Below, piece after piece: positions 51,551-64,000 of a DNA stretch of 64,000 bases (positions are counted from its first letter, which is position 1; every line of letters begins with the position of its first letter). Origin of the DNA: Octopus bimaculoides (taxonomy: Eukaryota); assembly GCF_001194135.2 (NCBI RefSeq), contig NC_068981.1, forward strand, positions 149,873,275-149,937,274, in the 5' to 3' direction. Below the pieces are notes generated by a model. The model was given only the letters and a program-made list of their open reading frames with translations. It did not search any database and was not told the DNA's origin. Both the position numbers and the translations under genes were made by a program.

Positions 51551-52429
51551 TGTGTGTGTGTGTGTGTGTATGTGTGTGTGTGCGTGTGTTTGTGTGTGTG
51601 TGTAAATGTATGAGAAAGAGAGAAAGAGAAATATAAACAAAGACGGACAGACAGTGAAAGAGCAAGGAGAGAAAGTATGTTCGCTGATTGAGAGATAGGT
51701 GGTTCACAGCTAAGACCTTCATTCATCATAGTGTGAATGATTATATAATTTTTAATAGCTTAGACACAAGACTACACAATTTGGTGGTGATATTTCATTT
51801 TCCTAAAACTGGAAATGGAAACGCTAGGGCTTCTGTATGATTCCTTAGAAAACAATAGTCAATAATCTAAAGAAAGTTGACGGTACCACAGTTTCTAATA
51901 CGGGTGATGATGAGCCGGGATGTATAGAACGTCCACCTTATTGCTCTACATAACTGCAATTTGTCATCTATAAATGCTGAAAATGAAATTTGACATTGGT
52001 TTATTTGAATTTAGAATGTAAATATTGATCAATGAATAAGGTAAGGGTCTTTGCTCAACTCACCACTGAATCTGCCTATCCAGAAAGATTGTCCTTTCTC
52101 CAGTTTAATTAGTATAAATGCATCAACGTTTACTCAAGTATCAATGAAAGTGAAATGTAAGAGGACCCTCATTGACTATAACCAAAAATCTGTAATAAAT
52201 GTTTTTCTTCAAATATGTGATCTTCGAGTGCAGCCATACTTATTTATGTCTTTTAAGAAATTGACGTAATATCGCTGCAAATTTTAAATCGAACAAAACA
52301 CATAAATCACAAAAACTGGAAAAAAATACACAAATAATAAAAGTGACATGACTATTATTTTTATTGTTTTTTCCAGTAGCTTTTGTATAAAAGATAGTCA
52401 GTGAAGCCAAAGCAGCAGTTAAACAAAGG

Positions 52430-53230
52430 TCATTGTTCAAAAGTCTGATTAATCATCTGATTCTCAAAATAACTTCAGCCATTCTTCTTGCTTTAGCTTT
52501 CTATCTGCGTCCCTTCCTGTAATTCCATCTTCATTTCAACTATCAATGTTGTCTGTATTTGGATTCTGATCAATCCACAGAAGGTTTACCTCTGTTGCAT
52601 TCAATTTATTATCATTGTCATTCTTTTAAATGGTCTTGGAATCCATATGCTCAGCTACTTTAACCCAAGCTATCATTCTAGGTGGAAATAGTAGCAAGGC
52701 CAGACATCCTGTTGATTTTTTTTACACTTTGTTAGATAATATTCATGATTTCAAATATTTCTTTACTTTATTCTTCAATGGCTTTTAATTAAAACAAAAG
52801 TAAACAAAATCATTTGTCAAGCCATATATCAATTAACTTGTGTTTTCTTAACATTCAGTACGTTTAGCTAGCTCAGCAAAATAGGTTCTAAACAGGTAAC
52901 ACACTTCGATTCCATGTTTCGATAAAAGTCCTCCAAGTCGATTACCCATAAACTTTACAGTAATAAATTAAAGTTTCTCTACCCATCCAGTTTCAACAAC
53001 GACGTACATCAATAAACATTCTAAAAGACATGATTCCATTTTAGAATGTCTTTCTTAGTAAAATAACCATGGGGTTTACATTTTTGTGTTAGCTAAACTA
53101 GGGATAGCTGTAGGAAAATGCTTCTTGTTACACTAAAACTCACTTTACTTTCTATTTTATCCAATGTCCTGTTGCCTGGTGTGCATAAAAAGCAACTCAT
53201 CAATGGTTCTAATTTAACTGACTTCAAAGC
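52430..53230 (-). mobile_element. pogo-type (DDE_1, POGK-like) transposase remnant
   Basis: Piecewise minus translation KHF..SLANTKM..PMVILLRKT..ETGWV..MGNRLGGLL..KPLKNKVKK..WVKVAEHMDS..KLNATEVNLLW..EEWLKLF*ESDD*SDF follows pogo motif order. Confidence 0.6.
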
Positions 53231-53448
53231 CATAATATATTCCTAGATTTAATATAGTTATTAAATTACACAATTATGACATCCGAAACGGCAGCAAGCT
53301 CCTGTATAATTTGGGGTTTAAATTTTTCTATGGAGAATTAAGAAAAATACGTCCTGCATAATCTCTGCGCCACGTATTCGAAACTGTGTAAGAGGCTGTC
53401 TCCATAATTCTCATGTATGTGTTTAATTTTTACGTTACATGCAATACT

Positions 53449-53518
53449 ATATATCCGTCTTTTGCCATATATCCGTCTTTTGCCATATATCCGTCTTTTG
53501 CCATATATCCGTCTTTTG
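53449..53518. repeat. 18-bp tandem repeat x4 (atatatccgtcttttgcc)
   Basis: Near-perfect head-to-tail copies. Confidence 0.95.
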
Positions 53519-54178
53519 TTTTGTTTTCTACTTATTCAAGGGATTACAGGCTAGCTTTTTTCACGTAAATAATGTCTGCTACTTATGCTTTTCTACAGTT
53601 TGAGTTAAGCTGTTTTCATAGATTTATTTTGCTTTAAACAGCATCAAATACACTTTATTTTAAGGGTATCTACGGAAGACTAGGTTATTTCAGTAATGTA
53701 AATTTCACTTTTTTAATTGTAACCATTTAAACGAAATAAACGGCAGAATCTCTCTACTCAAACACACTCATCACCGCAGTGGTAATGGAATCAACAAATG
53801 ACATCTGATGTAGACGCTATGCTTATGGTGTTCCATTGAGACAATTAATAACTTATATATATTTGCCTTTACACGTCTCATGGCCACCACCTTTACTATC
53901 GTCGTTTTCACAGTTTGTTGCAGCAGTAACCTTTTTCTTACAGCACTAGAGTACAATGCTGCCTACCAATTTTGTCGTTGATATTTGTATCAAATTTCTC
54001 ACATTATGCACAAGTAGATACGTCGCATAATATTTCAGTATGATCATATATCATTTTCTGATTTCCCAAACTGTTTGTTTTCCAAATATCTCCTGTAATA
54101 TTTATATGTAATCTTATAATATGATATCACTTCATCGGTGATGAGGACGTCAACAACAATAACAATAAAAACAACAGC

Positions 54179-54212
<34 letters not shown>

Positions 54213-55039
54213 GCAACAAAAATATTGATAATAATAATAACGATAATAATAATAATAATTACACGGATAATTGTAGAGGTTTTCTTTCAATTAGTAGCGA
54301 TGTTTAGGCGCAGACACTTTTGACGCTGCGTGGGTGTCGACACAAGAGCAAATATATATGTGTGCATGTATGTGTATAAGCAAGAATATACATAAATATA
54401 TATATGTATGTATGTATATGTGTGCGTGTATGTGCATACATATATAATATACATACATAACCAGTTCACACATGTATTCCTTTAAGCACATGCACATAGG
54501 CATATCTATGTATATGCTTGTGCGGTGAGTATATGTGAGTGTATGTGTGTGTATGTGTGTGCATGTGTTTCCATGTTTATAGGTATGCGTATTTAAGATA
54601 GAATCCTGTCAACTGCACTAGCTAACTACTAAGACGAATTATTAAAAAGCGTGATGGAAGCTAGAAAAGTGTTCATTTCGTTCTTAGATAGTTGTTAACT
54701 AATGAGATTAAAATGATAACATTTTGCAAATGAAATATCATTGCCATCACCACTAAAGCGTTTTGAAACGGATGTTTCTGTTAATCTCGTTGTCATTTTT
54801 TCCCTCCATAACATTCTCCTGAACTTAGACTTTTTATTATCTGTAAAATTATTAACAAAGGAAATACTGTATCCCTTTGTGTATGCTATATTATATACTA
54901 TAATAGATATTCGATATCACAAAGGGAAATATCTGCAGCTATTTTTAAGTTATTATAACTGGATATCTGGAGAAAGATTAGAGACAATGTGATAGACGTT
55001 GAACTCTGACCTTTTGTTTTACCAGACTGTTTTTTAGTA

Positions 55040-55200
55040 GTTTTCGAGTCTACAGCGAAGCCACATGTTGATAATTTGACCTGCTAGAAATGACAGCAAA
55101 ATCTCCTTTAAATTATGTCCTACATTCTTAAAAATTGCTAAGTTACATTGGGAAATGTAGCTGAAGGTACTCTGCATGAAAAATGTACTGAGTATAATGC
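55040..55200 (-). mobile_element. Unclassified interspersed repeat (gacctgctagaaat..caaatctccctcaaat family); related copies near 7950, 22140, 47880, 56210 and 58000
   Basis: Shared motif gctagaaat(ag/ga)cagc(c/a)aaat(c/t)tccctcaaatcaca seen in both orientations within the window. Confidence 0.5.
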
Positions 55201-55299
55201 TTTCAATTATCACCGCATCACTGCATTAGCCAGGCTAATAGATACTGTTCTAAACTGCTTGCTCACATTTCTGTAGCTTTTGAATATTACCAACCTCAC

Positions 55300-55472
55300 T
55301 GGTTAGATGGCCAGGCTGACATTCCCACCGAGCGAAATACCAGTCCTTCGCTGGGAGGAAGGAGGTCAGCTATTTATAGCAGAGTGAGCTGGAGTAACGT
55401 GAAATGAAGCACCGCTGGTCTGGGAATCGAAACCAAAATCTCGTATGCAACACTCTAATATCTAGGCTACGT
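55300..55472 (-). mobile_element. Decayed SINE family A
   Basis: Reverse complement tagagtgttgcatacgagattttggtttcgattcccagaccagcgg..atttcacgttactccagctcactc matches 4772-4900. Confidence 0.5.
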
Positions 55473-58105
55473 ACTATCAATTATAGGCTCATTTCATGAG
55501 GGCTGACCTAAATCAAAGTAACACTATCACCACACTACCACCACCACCACTACCACCACCACCACCACCACCACCATCATTACCCCCACCAATAACAACA
55601 ACAACAACAATTGTTCGAGTGATCTATCATATGATATTAAGATACTCAACTTTAGGAGTCAACATGTTAAAACAGTCAAGTCAAACTTCTCATTGTTTGT
55701 TTTTATTTATTTACTGCTGTATTATAATATTCATGGCGGAAATATTATGTATTCATAACAAATAAATTTATGTTTAGCTTTATGTATACGAAAGAAAATA
55801 GGTTGTCTCCAAAGAGAAAATATAATGCGAAACAAGAGAAAAGGAATAAATAACCATCTTTTTATTATATTCCAGCAAGAATGTTGCCGCTCCAGTGTTG
55901 TAAAATATTTTGGAGAAAGTCCACACAAAATAAATACTTGTCTCAAGAGACTTTCCATTTTCCAATGCAATTCTGCTTCAACGAGTATCTAACTAATCTA
56001 ATTGTGCTTGAACCTGTTTCTTCACTAACTACCAATGAAGTAGAGAAGTAGGTTCTCTCTACGAAAGTCTGACAAAAGAGAAAAAGAGAGAGGAAGAGAA
56101 AGAGAGAGAGAAATCAGGAGAGAAAAAGAGAGACAAAGAGAGACAGAGAGAGACAGAGAGACAGAGAGAGACAGAGAGACAGAGAGAGACAGAGAGACTG
56201 TACTTGGTCGTTCGACTTACTTGAAATAGCAGCCAAATTCTCTGCAAACGACAATCCAGTGCATTAAAAATGATACACAAGATCATTTAATATGGGATGC
56301 ATTACACCTATAGAAATTTTTGATAATGGTTGGGCAAAATAGCATCTACAGTAACAGCAACAGCAACAGCAATAACAATGGTAACTGGTTTTAAATTTAT
56401 GAGATTACTACCAATGATATTTGCATCTTCTCATAGATTCATGATTCTCTTAGATTCGTGAAATTCTATGGTCGACAGACCCTTTGAACATATGAAAATC
56501 AGGGAACATAGGACTCAATTGGACCCAACTTTCCACCCCTTGTCACTAGAATCGAATTTACTCTAAATATTATCTCGAATCTGCAATTGCCCCCGACGTA
56601 CAATATCTTGAAACTCTTCACATTTTATTCGTTTCCACTACCATTTTAATATGGATTTCCAGTTCATGCTCTTACATGATTACTATCAACTCGTCATGAC
56701 AACATAAGTGGGCCCTTGACTCACATTCATCCGCCTTGTAACTGGACTGCTTTCTCACTCTCTTGTCATCCTGTTAGCTAGCTGTATCCTCTTTCACAAT
56801 ATCATCTCCAGTCCAGTTTCTCCTAAGTTGTGCGCTTTCCCCCTCTCTTTATCTTCCTTCTCCTTCAAAAGAGAGGGTGAGGAGAGAGTATCTGCATGGT
56901 TTGGTCAGGAGTTTTCTTGTTTGCAATCACAACTGACGGAGGGTCTGCACTTTCTCCTGCCATGAATGCCATATTTTCTCCATCATCTCTCCAAAGACAC
57001 TTCTAGCAGGATACAAGTGAAGGGTCAAACAGACCGACGACATCAACTCGTAAAACATTCAAAACATGCTATGTACTGTGCATAAGCGAGCAGGCCACTA
57101 TTTCGATGATCGGTACCAAGATAGCGTATAGGATACGCTTAAACACAGAAATCCATTAATTCCGTCAACTAACTAACCACCTCTCATTCTTCTCCAGCAT
57201 AATGGCTGGATTGCCTTCCTCGTTAATACAAAGAAAAATATCTCATTATTAGTCTTTAAGTCTCTGTGCTACAGAATATGAATATTCAACTCCCTATGAT
57301 TCCTAATGCTCAGCTGTGGATCAAAGTAAATATGCAAATTTGCGGAAACCTCATGTGTCGTTTACAAGAGAATATATGCTAACATTGGTTGAGCATGTAT
57401 AATTGCGATGCAGTCACGCAGCACTTTACGTATCTGTATAATGTATAAGTGTGAACGTGTAAGGGGTGTTTATATTAATGTGTAACTTCAGCTATTGGAC
57501 AAAAAATTTAGCTATTCTTAAAGTAAGTATATCATTAAGGGGCTCTAAAATAATTTAGCTTTTTCTAGGTTCATTGTTCTTTGTATCCCGTTACCTTTAC
57601 TTATCTTTCCAGCACACTCACACTCATTACTCGTACTTCGCATTTTCTTTTTTAATTGGCTACAACTCATCTCTCATTCTTAACTTATTTCTTCGTCTCT
57701 TATGTCGCACCATAAGTATTTTTGCCCTTTTTATGAAAACATTTATACTTGGGCGTCCTCTTCACATCCTTGTAAATAATCTGCGTGTGCTTTATTGATA
57801 AATCTATATCACAAGGATATTAATGGAAAGATATCTATTCATATAACCTGTATTCTTCTTCTCACTAACTATCACACGCACCCTCAGTAACCTAAACTCT
57901 ATATATCTTTGAAGTATCTAACTAGTGTACAACAAATACGGGATATTTTGTTTTGTTTTAGTGTATAACTACATACAGTCACCCAATACACAATAAATAG
58001 GAACCAAATTTCCCTCAAATCACACCATCTCATCGTTAATTAGGAAACAGTATATTGGACAAAATGACTATATATAAATACATACACACAAACAGACACA
58101 CACAC

Positions 58106-58154
<49 letters not shown>

Positions 58155-58158
<4 letters not shown>

Positions 58159-59393
58159 GGCCATCCCATAAATAATGCAATCTTTTTTTAATTGCATGAA
58201 CTAAAAGTCAGAGTGGGAGAGGATAAACTATCTGCATCAACTTGCTATAAAAGCAGTTAGTAATTTTACCTTGTCCTTATTCATAGTGCAAGTTTTGAAG
58301 AGTGAGTTTCGATTTTAACAGTTATTTTTTCAAACCTGTAATGAAAGTGACCAATGAGCACATTTGGCATATTTTGCTTATGAGTTCATTAAAGGCAACA
58401 TCGCAACGGAAAGCGTGAGCAATATCAATGAATTATATGGGAATCGGACAATAAGCGTAAGCCAGTGTCAACGGTGGTTCCAAAAATACCGAGCTGCAAA
58501 CTACAACCTACAAGAAAATCCTCGTCCTGGGAAATCTGTAGAGCTCGACGAGGACGTTCTGAAAACCTCATCGTAACTGTTGAGAAACTAGAAGAGAAAC
58601 TTGGATCTGCTCATTCAATTATTCATCGAAACCTGTGTGCCATCGGAAAAGTCAGCTAATTGGGTCAATGTGTTCCTCACAAACTTTCCGAATCTAATCG
58701 CGCTCAGAGAGTGAATGTGTGCTCTGCTTTGCTGTCACGTCTCACAAATGAATCTTTTTTTCTTGACTGAATAGTGACTGGTGACACGAAATTGGTTCTC
58801 TATAAAAACGTTAGACTCCGAAGACAGTGGGTTGGGAAAGGAGAACACCGGCACCCCAGACTAAAGAAGGTCTTCATCCACGTAAGATATTGTTATCTGT
58901 TTAGTGGGATATGAATGTTTTAGTCCACTTTGAACTTTTAAACCCAAACTAAACGATGTCTTGAGCGGCTTAAGTCAGCGCTAGAATAAAAGTGACCATC
59001 TTTGGTTTCAAGACGAACGGTGTTCTTCCATCAGAATAATGCTCAGCCACATGCAGTGAGGATGACATTTCAAAGACTGGACCAGTTTGAATGGGAAACT
59101 ATACCCCACCTACCATATCCGCCGGACATTGCCCCATCTGATTATCGTTTATTCCGCAGTCTTTAAAATTATTTGGTCGGAAAAATTCTCTACACGAAGT
59201 CAGAACATTACTGGAGGAGTATTTTTCGTCACGGAGAAGCGACGTTTTGGAAGAGGAACCCTGCAAATCTACCAGATAGATGGAAGAGCATGTAGGAAAT
59301 TAATAAGAGTATATTTTAGAATAAAAAAGAACTTTGTCTTAATTTTGAAAAATAAAAGTATTAAAAACCCCATTATTTATGGGATGATCTAAT
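58155..59393 (+). mobile_element. Near full-length mariner (about 1.24 kb) with TIRs; transposase pseudogene from 58341
   Basis: TIR core catcccataaataatg at 58162-77 and its reverse complement at 59371-86; MKVTNEHI..QCQRWFQKY (HTH), GQCVPH (WVPH), IVTGD, FHQNNAQPH, HLPYPPDIAPSDY (YSPDLAPSD). Frameshifts and stops present; left end sits in (TA)n. Confidence 0.9.
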
Positions 59394-60211
59394 NNNNNNN
59401 NNNNNNNNNNNNNNNNNNNNNNNNNNNNNNNNNNNNNNNNNNNNNNNNNNNNNNNNNNNNNNNNNNNNNNNNNNNNNNNNNNNNNNNNNNNNNNNNNNNN
59501 NNNNNNNNNNNNNNNNNNNNNNNNNNNNNNNNNNNNNNNNNNNNNNNNNNNNNNNNNNNNNNNNNNNNNNNNNNNNNNNNNNNNNNNNNNNNNNNNNNNN
59601 NNNNNNNNNNNNNNNNNNNNNNNNNNNNNNNNNNNNNNNNNNNNNNNNNNNNNNNNNNNNNNNNNNNNNNNNNNNNNNNNNNNNNNNNNNNNNNNNNNNN
59701 NNNNNNNNNNNNNNNNNNNNNNNNNNNNNNNNNNNNNNNNNNNNNNNNNNNNNNNNNNNNNNNNNNNNNNNNNNNNNNNNNNNNNNNNNNNNNNNNNNNN
59801 NNNNNNNNNNNNNNNNNNNNNNNNNNNNNNNNNNNNNNNNNNNNNNNNNNNNNNNNNNNNNNNNNNNNNNNNNNNNNNNNNNNNNNNNNNNNNNNNNNNN
59901 NNNNNNNNNNNNNNNNNNNNNNNNNNNNNNNNNNNNNNNNNNNNNNNNNNNNNNNNNNNNNNNNNNNNNNNNNNNNNNNNNNNNNNNNNNNNNNNNNNNN
60001 NNNNNNNNNNNNNNNNNNNNNNNNNNNNNNNNNNNNNNNNNNNNNNNNNNNNNNNNNNNNNNNNNNNNNNNNNNNNNNNNNNNNNNNNNNNNNNNNNNNN
60101 NNNNNNNNNNNNNNNNNNNNNNNNNNNNNNNNNNNNNNNNNNNNNNNNNNNNNNNNNNNNNNNNNNNNNNNNNNNNNNNNNNNNNNNNNNNNNNNNNNNN
60201 NNNNNNNNNNN

Positions 60212-61253
60212 NGTTCTTAAGATCCAGGAGTTCATCCTACGAGCTATATAGACCTTATTGTTAATGTGGGCACTCCAACTGAGATTGTTGTCAACATTTA
60301 CACCCAGATCTCTGATTATATCGGATGCCGTGAGCGGTTCCCCTGAAGGAAGAGAGTATGGCTGTTTTAATATAGAGTTTCTTCCAAAATGCATTAGCTC
60401 AAATTTTCCCTCATTCAGTTGCATTTTGTTTTTGTCTGCCCATTGACTCACAGCATATAGATCAGACTGGAGTTGGGTTCGGTCTTCTTCTTCATTGATG
60501 ATTTGCTAGAGCTTAGTGTCATCAGCAAATATTTTCACTTTGCAGTGATTTACGACGCTGGAAAGATCATTTATATAAATTATAAAAGGAGCGGGCCCAA
60601 GACAGTCCCCTGAGGGACACCACTGGTGACTTTTGCAGGGCTTGAGTGGACTCCATCGACAACAACTTCTGGTGTTCTATTCACCAGGAAATACATAATC
60701 CAGAGTAGAAGTTTTCCACGGATTCCAACCTTTGCCAATTTTGTGAGTAAGATATTATGGTCAACCCTGTAGAACGCTTTACTGAAGTCAAGATATATGA
60801 CATCAGCGTTCGAACCTGTTCCTAAGGTTTTAAGTATATCTTCTAAGTGGTGTAAGAGCTGTGTTAGATAGTTCCAGCCACAGCGAAGCCATGTTGGTTT
60901 GCACTTAGGAGTTTGTGGGTCTCCAGGAAGTCGGCTATCCTTGATCTCACCACCCTTTCAAACACTTTAATGACGTGAGAGGTGAGTGAGATTGGGCGAT
61001 AGTTGAGTGCGAGGGATCTGTTTCCCTGTTTGAAAACCGGGATAGGAGCTGTTTCGGTATATAACCTGAGTTTAAAGAATTTCTCCAGAGGTTGGTCAGA
61101 TGGAGTGCAAGTTGGAGTCAACATTCCTTCAGGAGGCTTGCGGGGAATCTATCAGGGCCTACAGTAGAATAGTATTTGACCTCATTTATTGCTGCTATGA
61201 TGTCTGAAGCAGTGAAGGTTATTATCCGAGATTTTATGTTGGGAATCAACTTC

Positions 61254-61258
<5 letters not shown>
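60212..61258 (-). mobile_element. CR1-like LINE reverse transcriptase fragment, 5'-truncated, 3' part lost in gap
   Basis: GPDRFPASLLKEC, NYRPISLTSHVIKVFER, NQHGF, YLDFSKAF, SGVPQGTVLGPLLFIIYIND, FADDTK, RDLGVNVD; a few stops and frameshifts. Confidence 0.92.
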
Positions 61259-61288
<30 letters not shown>

Positions 61289-62179
61289 AATGATATATTC
61301 ATGTGTGTGTGTGTGTGTGTGTTTGTGCACGCGCGCGTAATACATTTACTACTTTTCTAAGAGTGATTACTATTTCTTCCTACACGTTACTGATTATATT
61401 TTGCTTTTCCCGCTCTCTCTCTCTCTCTTTGGCCGCTATTTTACCTTCTCTCACATTGAGTGTTAACTCTTTCCACATCCCTTGCCAATTATAACTTAAG
61501 TCCTTTTGTTAACTTTCGAAATAACCCTATCACTCCAGCACAACATTTTACTCCTCACTCACCATGTAATTCCTTCATCTCAATTCTTCCATTGTTTACA
61601 TTTGTCAACACCACACCCTCGCTTTTCCTTCCTCTTAGATGAAGGGAAATGTCCGAATCAATAGTCTTCACTTTTCATGTCAGCTGAACTTATTGAACTT
61701 TTATATGAATTCACCTATGAACTAATTGTTGCTGACAGAAAACAACCGAAAAATTTCCAAGGATTCCGGATTGTAACCTTTTCAAATTATTACAGTTAAA
61801 CTTACAAGCTTAAACCATGTAAGCGATAGATATATGCTTATTTTCAAAGAAATATACACGCATAAAATAAAATAAAAGGCAGAAATAAAAGCGGCAAATG
61901 AAGTACTGAAATTGTTTATTAAGCCTCCTCATCGCAAATGATTTATTTCAGCTTCAAGCTGAAATAAACCAGTATCATATTGAACCTATGTTCTACACAT
62001 CACTATAAGCCATTCTCTTCAAAATAGCAACTACTCTAGTTGGATTGCTCGGCAAGAAGTATTAGATGCATTATCTATCTGAAAAGATGGTAAGAATTCA
62101 TTTACTTTTATTGTTTTCATTTGTTGAACTATAGTATCGATCCCAGTCTAACATTCTTTCATTGATCTAAATGAATTGT

Positions 62180-62820
62180 AGCGTTTGTAGCTAAGACTAC
62201 AAGTGCTTTTCGAAGACTTGGCCTTCGTTTATTGGATGAACACGATGTCGATCTAAAAATCAAAATAGATGTATACAAACCTTGTATTTTGAGCACACTT
62301 TTGTATGGGGTACAAACATGAACTCCCTACTACAGACAAATAAGAAACGAAACATTTCACATGTGCTATTTGCGCAACATATGCAACATAAAATAGCTAG
62401 ATAAGACATACAATACCAAAATCTTAGTAAAACGTGATATCCAAAGGATGCTGGTGAGAATTCAGTGCAGATGGGTAGGACAGGTTGTTTGAGTGAAAAA
62501 TGACTGCATTCCGAAAGTTTTTCTGTATGGCCAACAAGTAGCGAGATACCGCGGCAAATGAAGAGCTAAAATCTCTACAGCTTAATCTGACATCCTGGGA
62601 AAGTCATTGCCTACATCAATCTGCATGGCGTAAAATGTGTCACCATGCTTCCAAACAATTTGAGTTGAAGAAAAAGAACAGTAGAAGAAATATATCCTGC
62701 AACAAACAGACACACTTATCCGATCCCAGGCAAAATGAAAATCATCAATGTCCCCATGGCGACTTCTTAGCAAAATGTATACCTGGACTAAAATTACATT
62801 CACGCATCCATTACAAATAG
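62180..62820 (+). mobile_element. RTE-like LINE C-terminal remnant
   Basis: AKTTSAFRRL..KIDVYKPCILSTLLYG..W-position stop..FHMCYLRNI..RWVGQV..IPKVFLYG, ending in a C/H-rich terminus QCPHGDFLAKCIPGLKLHSRIH*. Confidence 0.75.
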
Positions 62821-62904
62821 ACGCAGCTACTTAGTGTTATTTTTTCTTTAACTTTAAGTCCTCTCCTTCGAACTCTCATAGTGGAAACCCACACGTGCGA
62901 CTGT

Positions 62905-62946
<42 letters not shown>

Positions 62947-63966
62947 GCAATAATAAAGGACACACAGAGAAGCCCTCAAAAGTAAAACAAAGTAAGGTAT
63001 ATCACGGGAAAAGGTTCGAGAGAAAGAAAATGCCAAAGTAATCCAAGACTTGATGGAGGTCAGATGGACTGAAGGGATGGATAGCTATAGTAGGGAAATC
63101 TGCATTTATAGCTTAAGAATGCATTACATAATTGATGCTAACAAGTCATCAACTTAGCACTGTATTTGTTAGCTCAATCATTATATTGCATCATAGTAAT
63201 AATTTCAGCAATGCACAGCGTACACCTATAACTATATCCGCTGTACGGTCCAACATGTGTAACAATAGACCATTTGATATTATCAGATCCACTGAATTCC
63301 GCTTCAAATCATGTATAAGCTTAGACAAATAAGCACAACTAGCTCTAGACGCCAAGGAAAAACTTGAGTGGGGGTTATGTAATCTCGCCTTGAAATTGGT
63401 GTTGCACGCGCCGAAAAAGACAATTCTAGATCAATCTATATATATCGTGTAGTCGTACAAAATATTCTTGGCGAGGCATTTATTGTCCAATATGGTGGAT
63501 GTTGGACATTTAAAGCTACACTGTTTCGTCGCAATCGCTAGAGAGGTATTAAGGGGATACCTGTCCTTAACGCTATATGGATATTGAAAGAGTTACCTGT
63601 CCTAGTATCACGCGGTGCTGCGAAGGTAGTAGTGAGGCAACTATCCGGATGATTAGACTGATAGTTTTTATTGCAGATGACATCATTTCAATCATCCACT
63701 ATATTGTCACACGGTATCACGGTTGGCTAGGTGGAGTGAGCAGTGAACCTGATCTATCTGATCGTAGGATTACTGTGCATGGTTACTATCCTACTAATCT
63801 TTCTACTGCTATGCACATCTAGATTTAGTAATTTAGTAATTTTCTATTATTTAGATGAGGTATACCGTCGGGTATTTACTATGCAGATAAATAGGACATT
63901 TAGACGGATTGAGTTTAATATTTCTTCTAAATGTACTAGATTTAGGGAAGTTTTTTCCTAACACAA

Positions 63967-64000
<34 letters not shown>

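Noticed and set aside
56700-57260. Possible LINE RT relic (FKRILYAILVPIIE, minus strand)
   Set aside because: A single short motif with no continuous RT alignment.
61636-61666. TAGATGA-A-GGG..TCC-GAAT-C..GTC hammerhead-like relic
   Set aside because: Three core mismatches and no helix I.
63525-63550. Minus-strand GCGATTGC-GAC-GAAAC-AGT-GTA, the 3' half of a hammerhead
   Set aside because: The CUGANGA half and the 5' strand of helix II are absent.

Overview
AT-rich, repeat-dominated eukaryotic DNA with six assembly gaps and dozens of microsatellites. The SINE families look like those of octopod cephalopods; this is an inference from remembered consensus motifs, not a database result. I found no intact host protein-coding gene, rRNA, functional tRNA or CRISPR array. 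Almost all recognisable coding sequence is decayed transposon. It comprises a Penelope-like element (RT-thumb/linker plus C-terminal GIY-YIG), two R4/Dong-type RLE retrotransposons nested in (TAA)n tracts, CR1/L2-like and RTE-like LINE fragments, a near full-length mariner, a second mariner remnant, a pogo-type remnant and at least four tRNA-derived SINE types. The most notable signal is a set of four different type I hammerhead ribozyme motifs in the first 12 kb. Two are essentially intact (3455-3505, 11852-11912), one is minimal and tandemly duplicated (8772-8936) and one is decayed (143-187). Three of the four lie about 100 nt from a microsatellite. Other leads are an in-frame UGA at a conserved Cys of the Penelope-like linker, a three-way-junction RNA inside a SINE, and an 86-bp palindrome.
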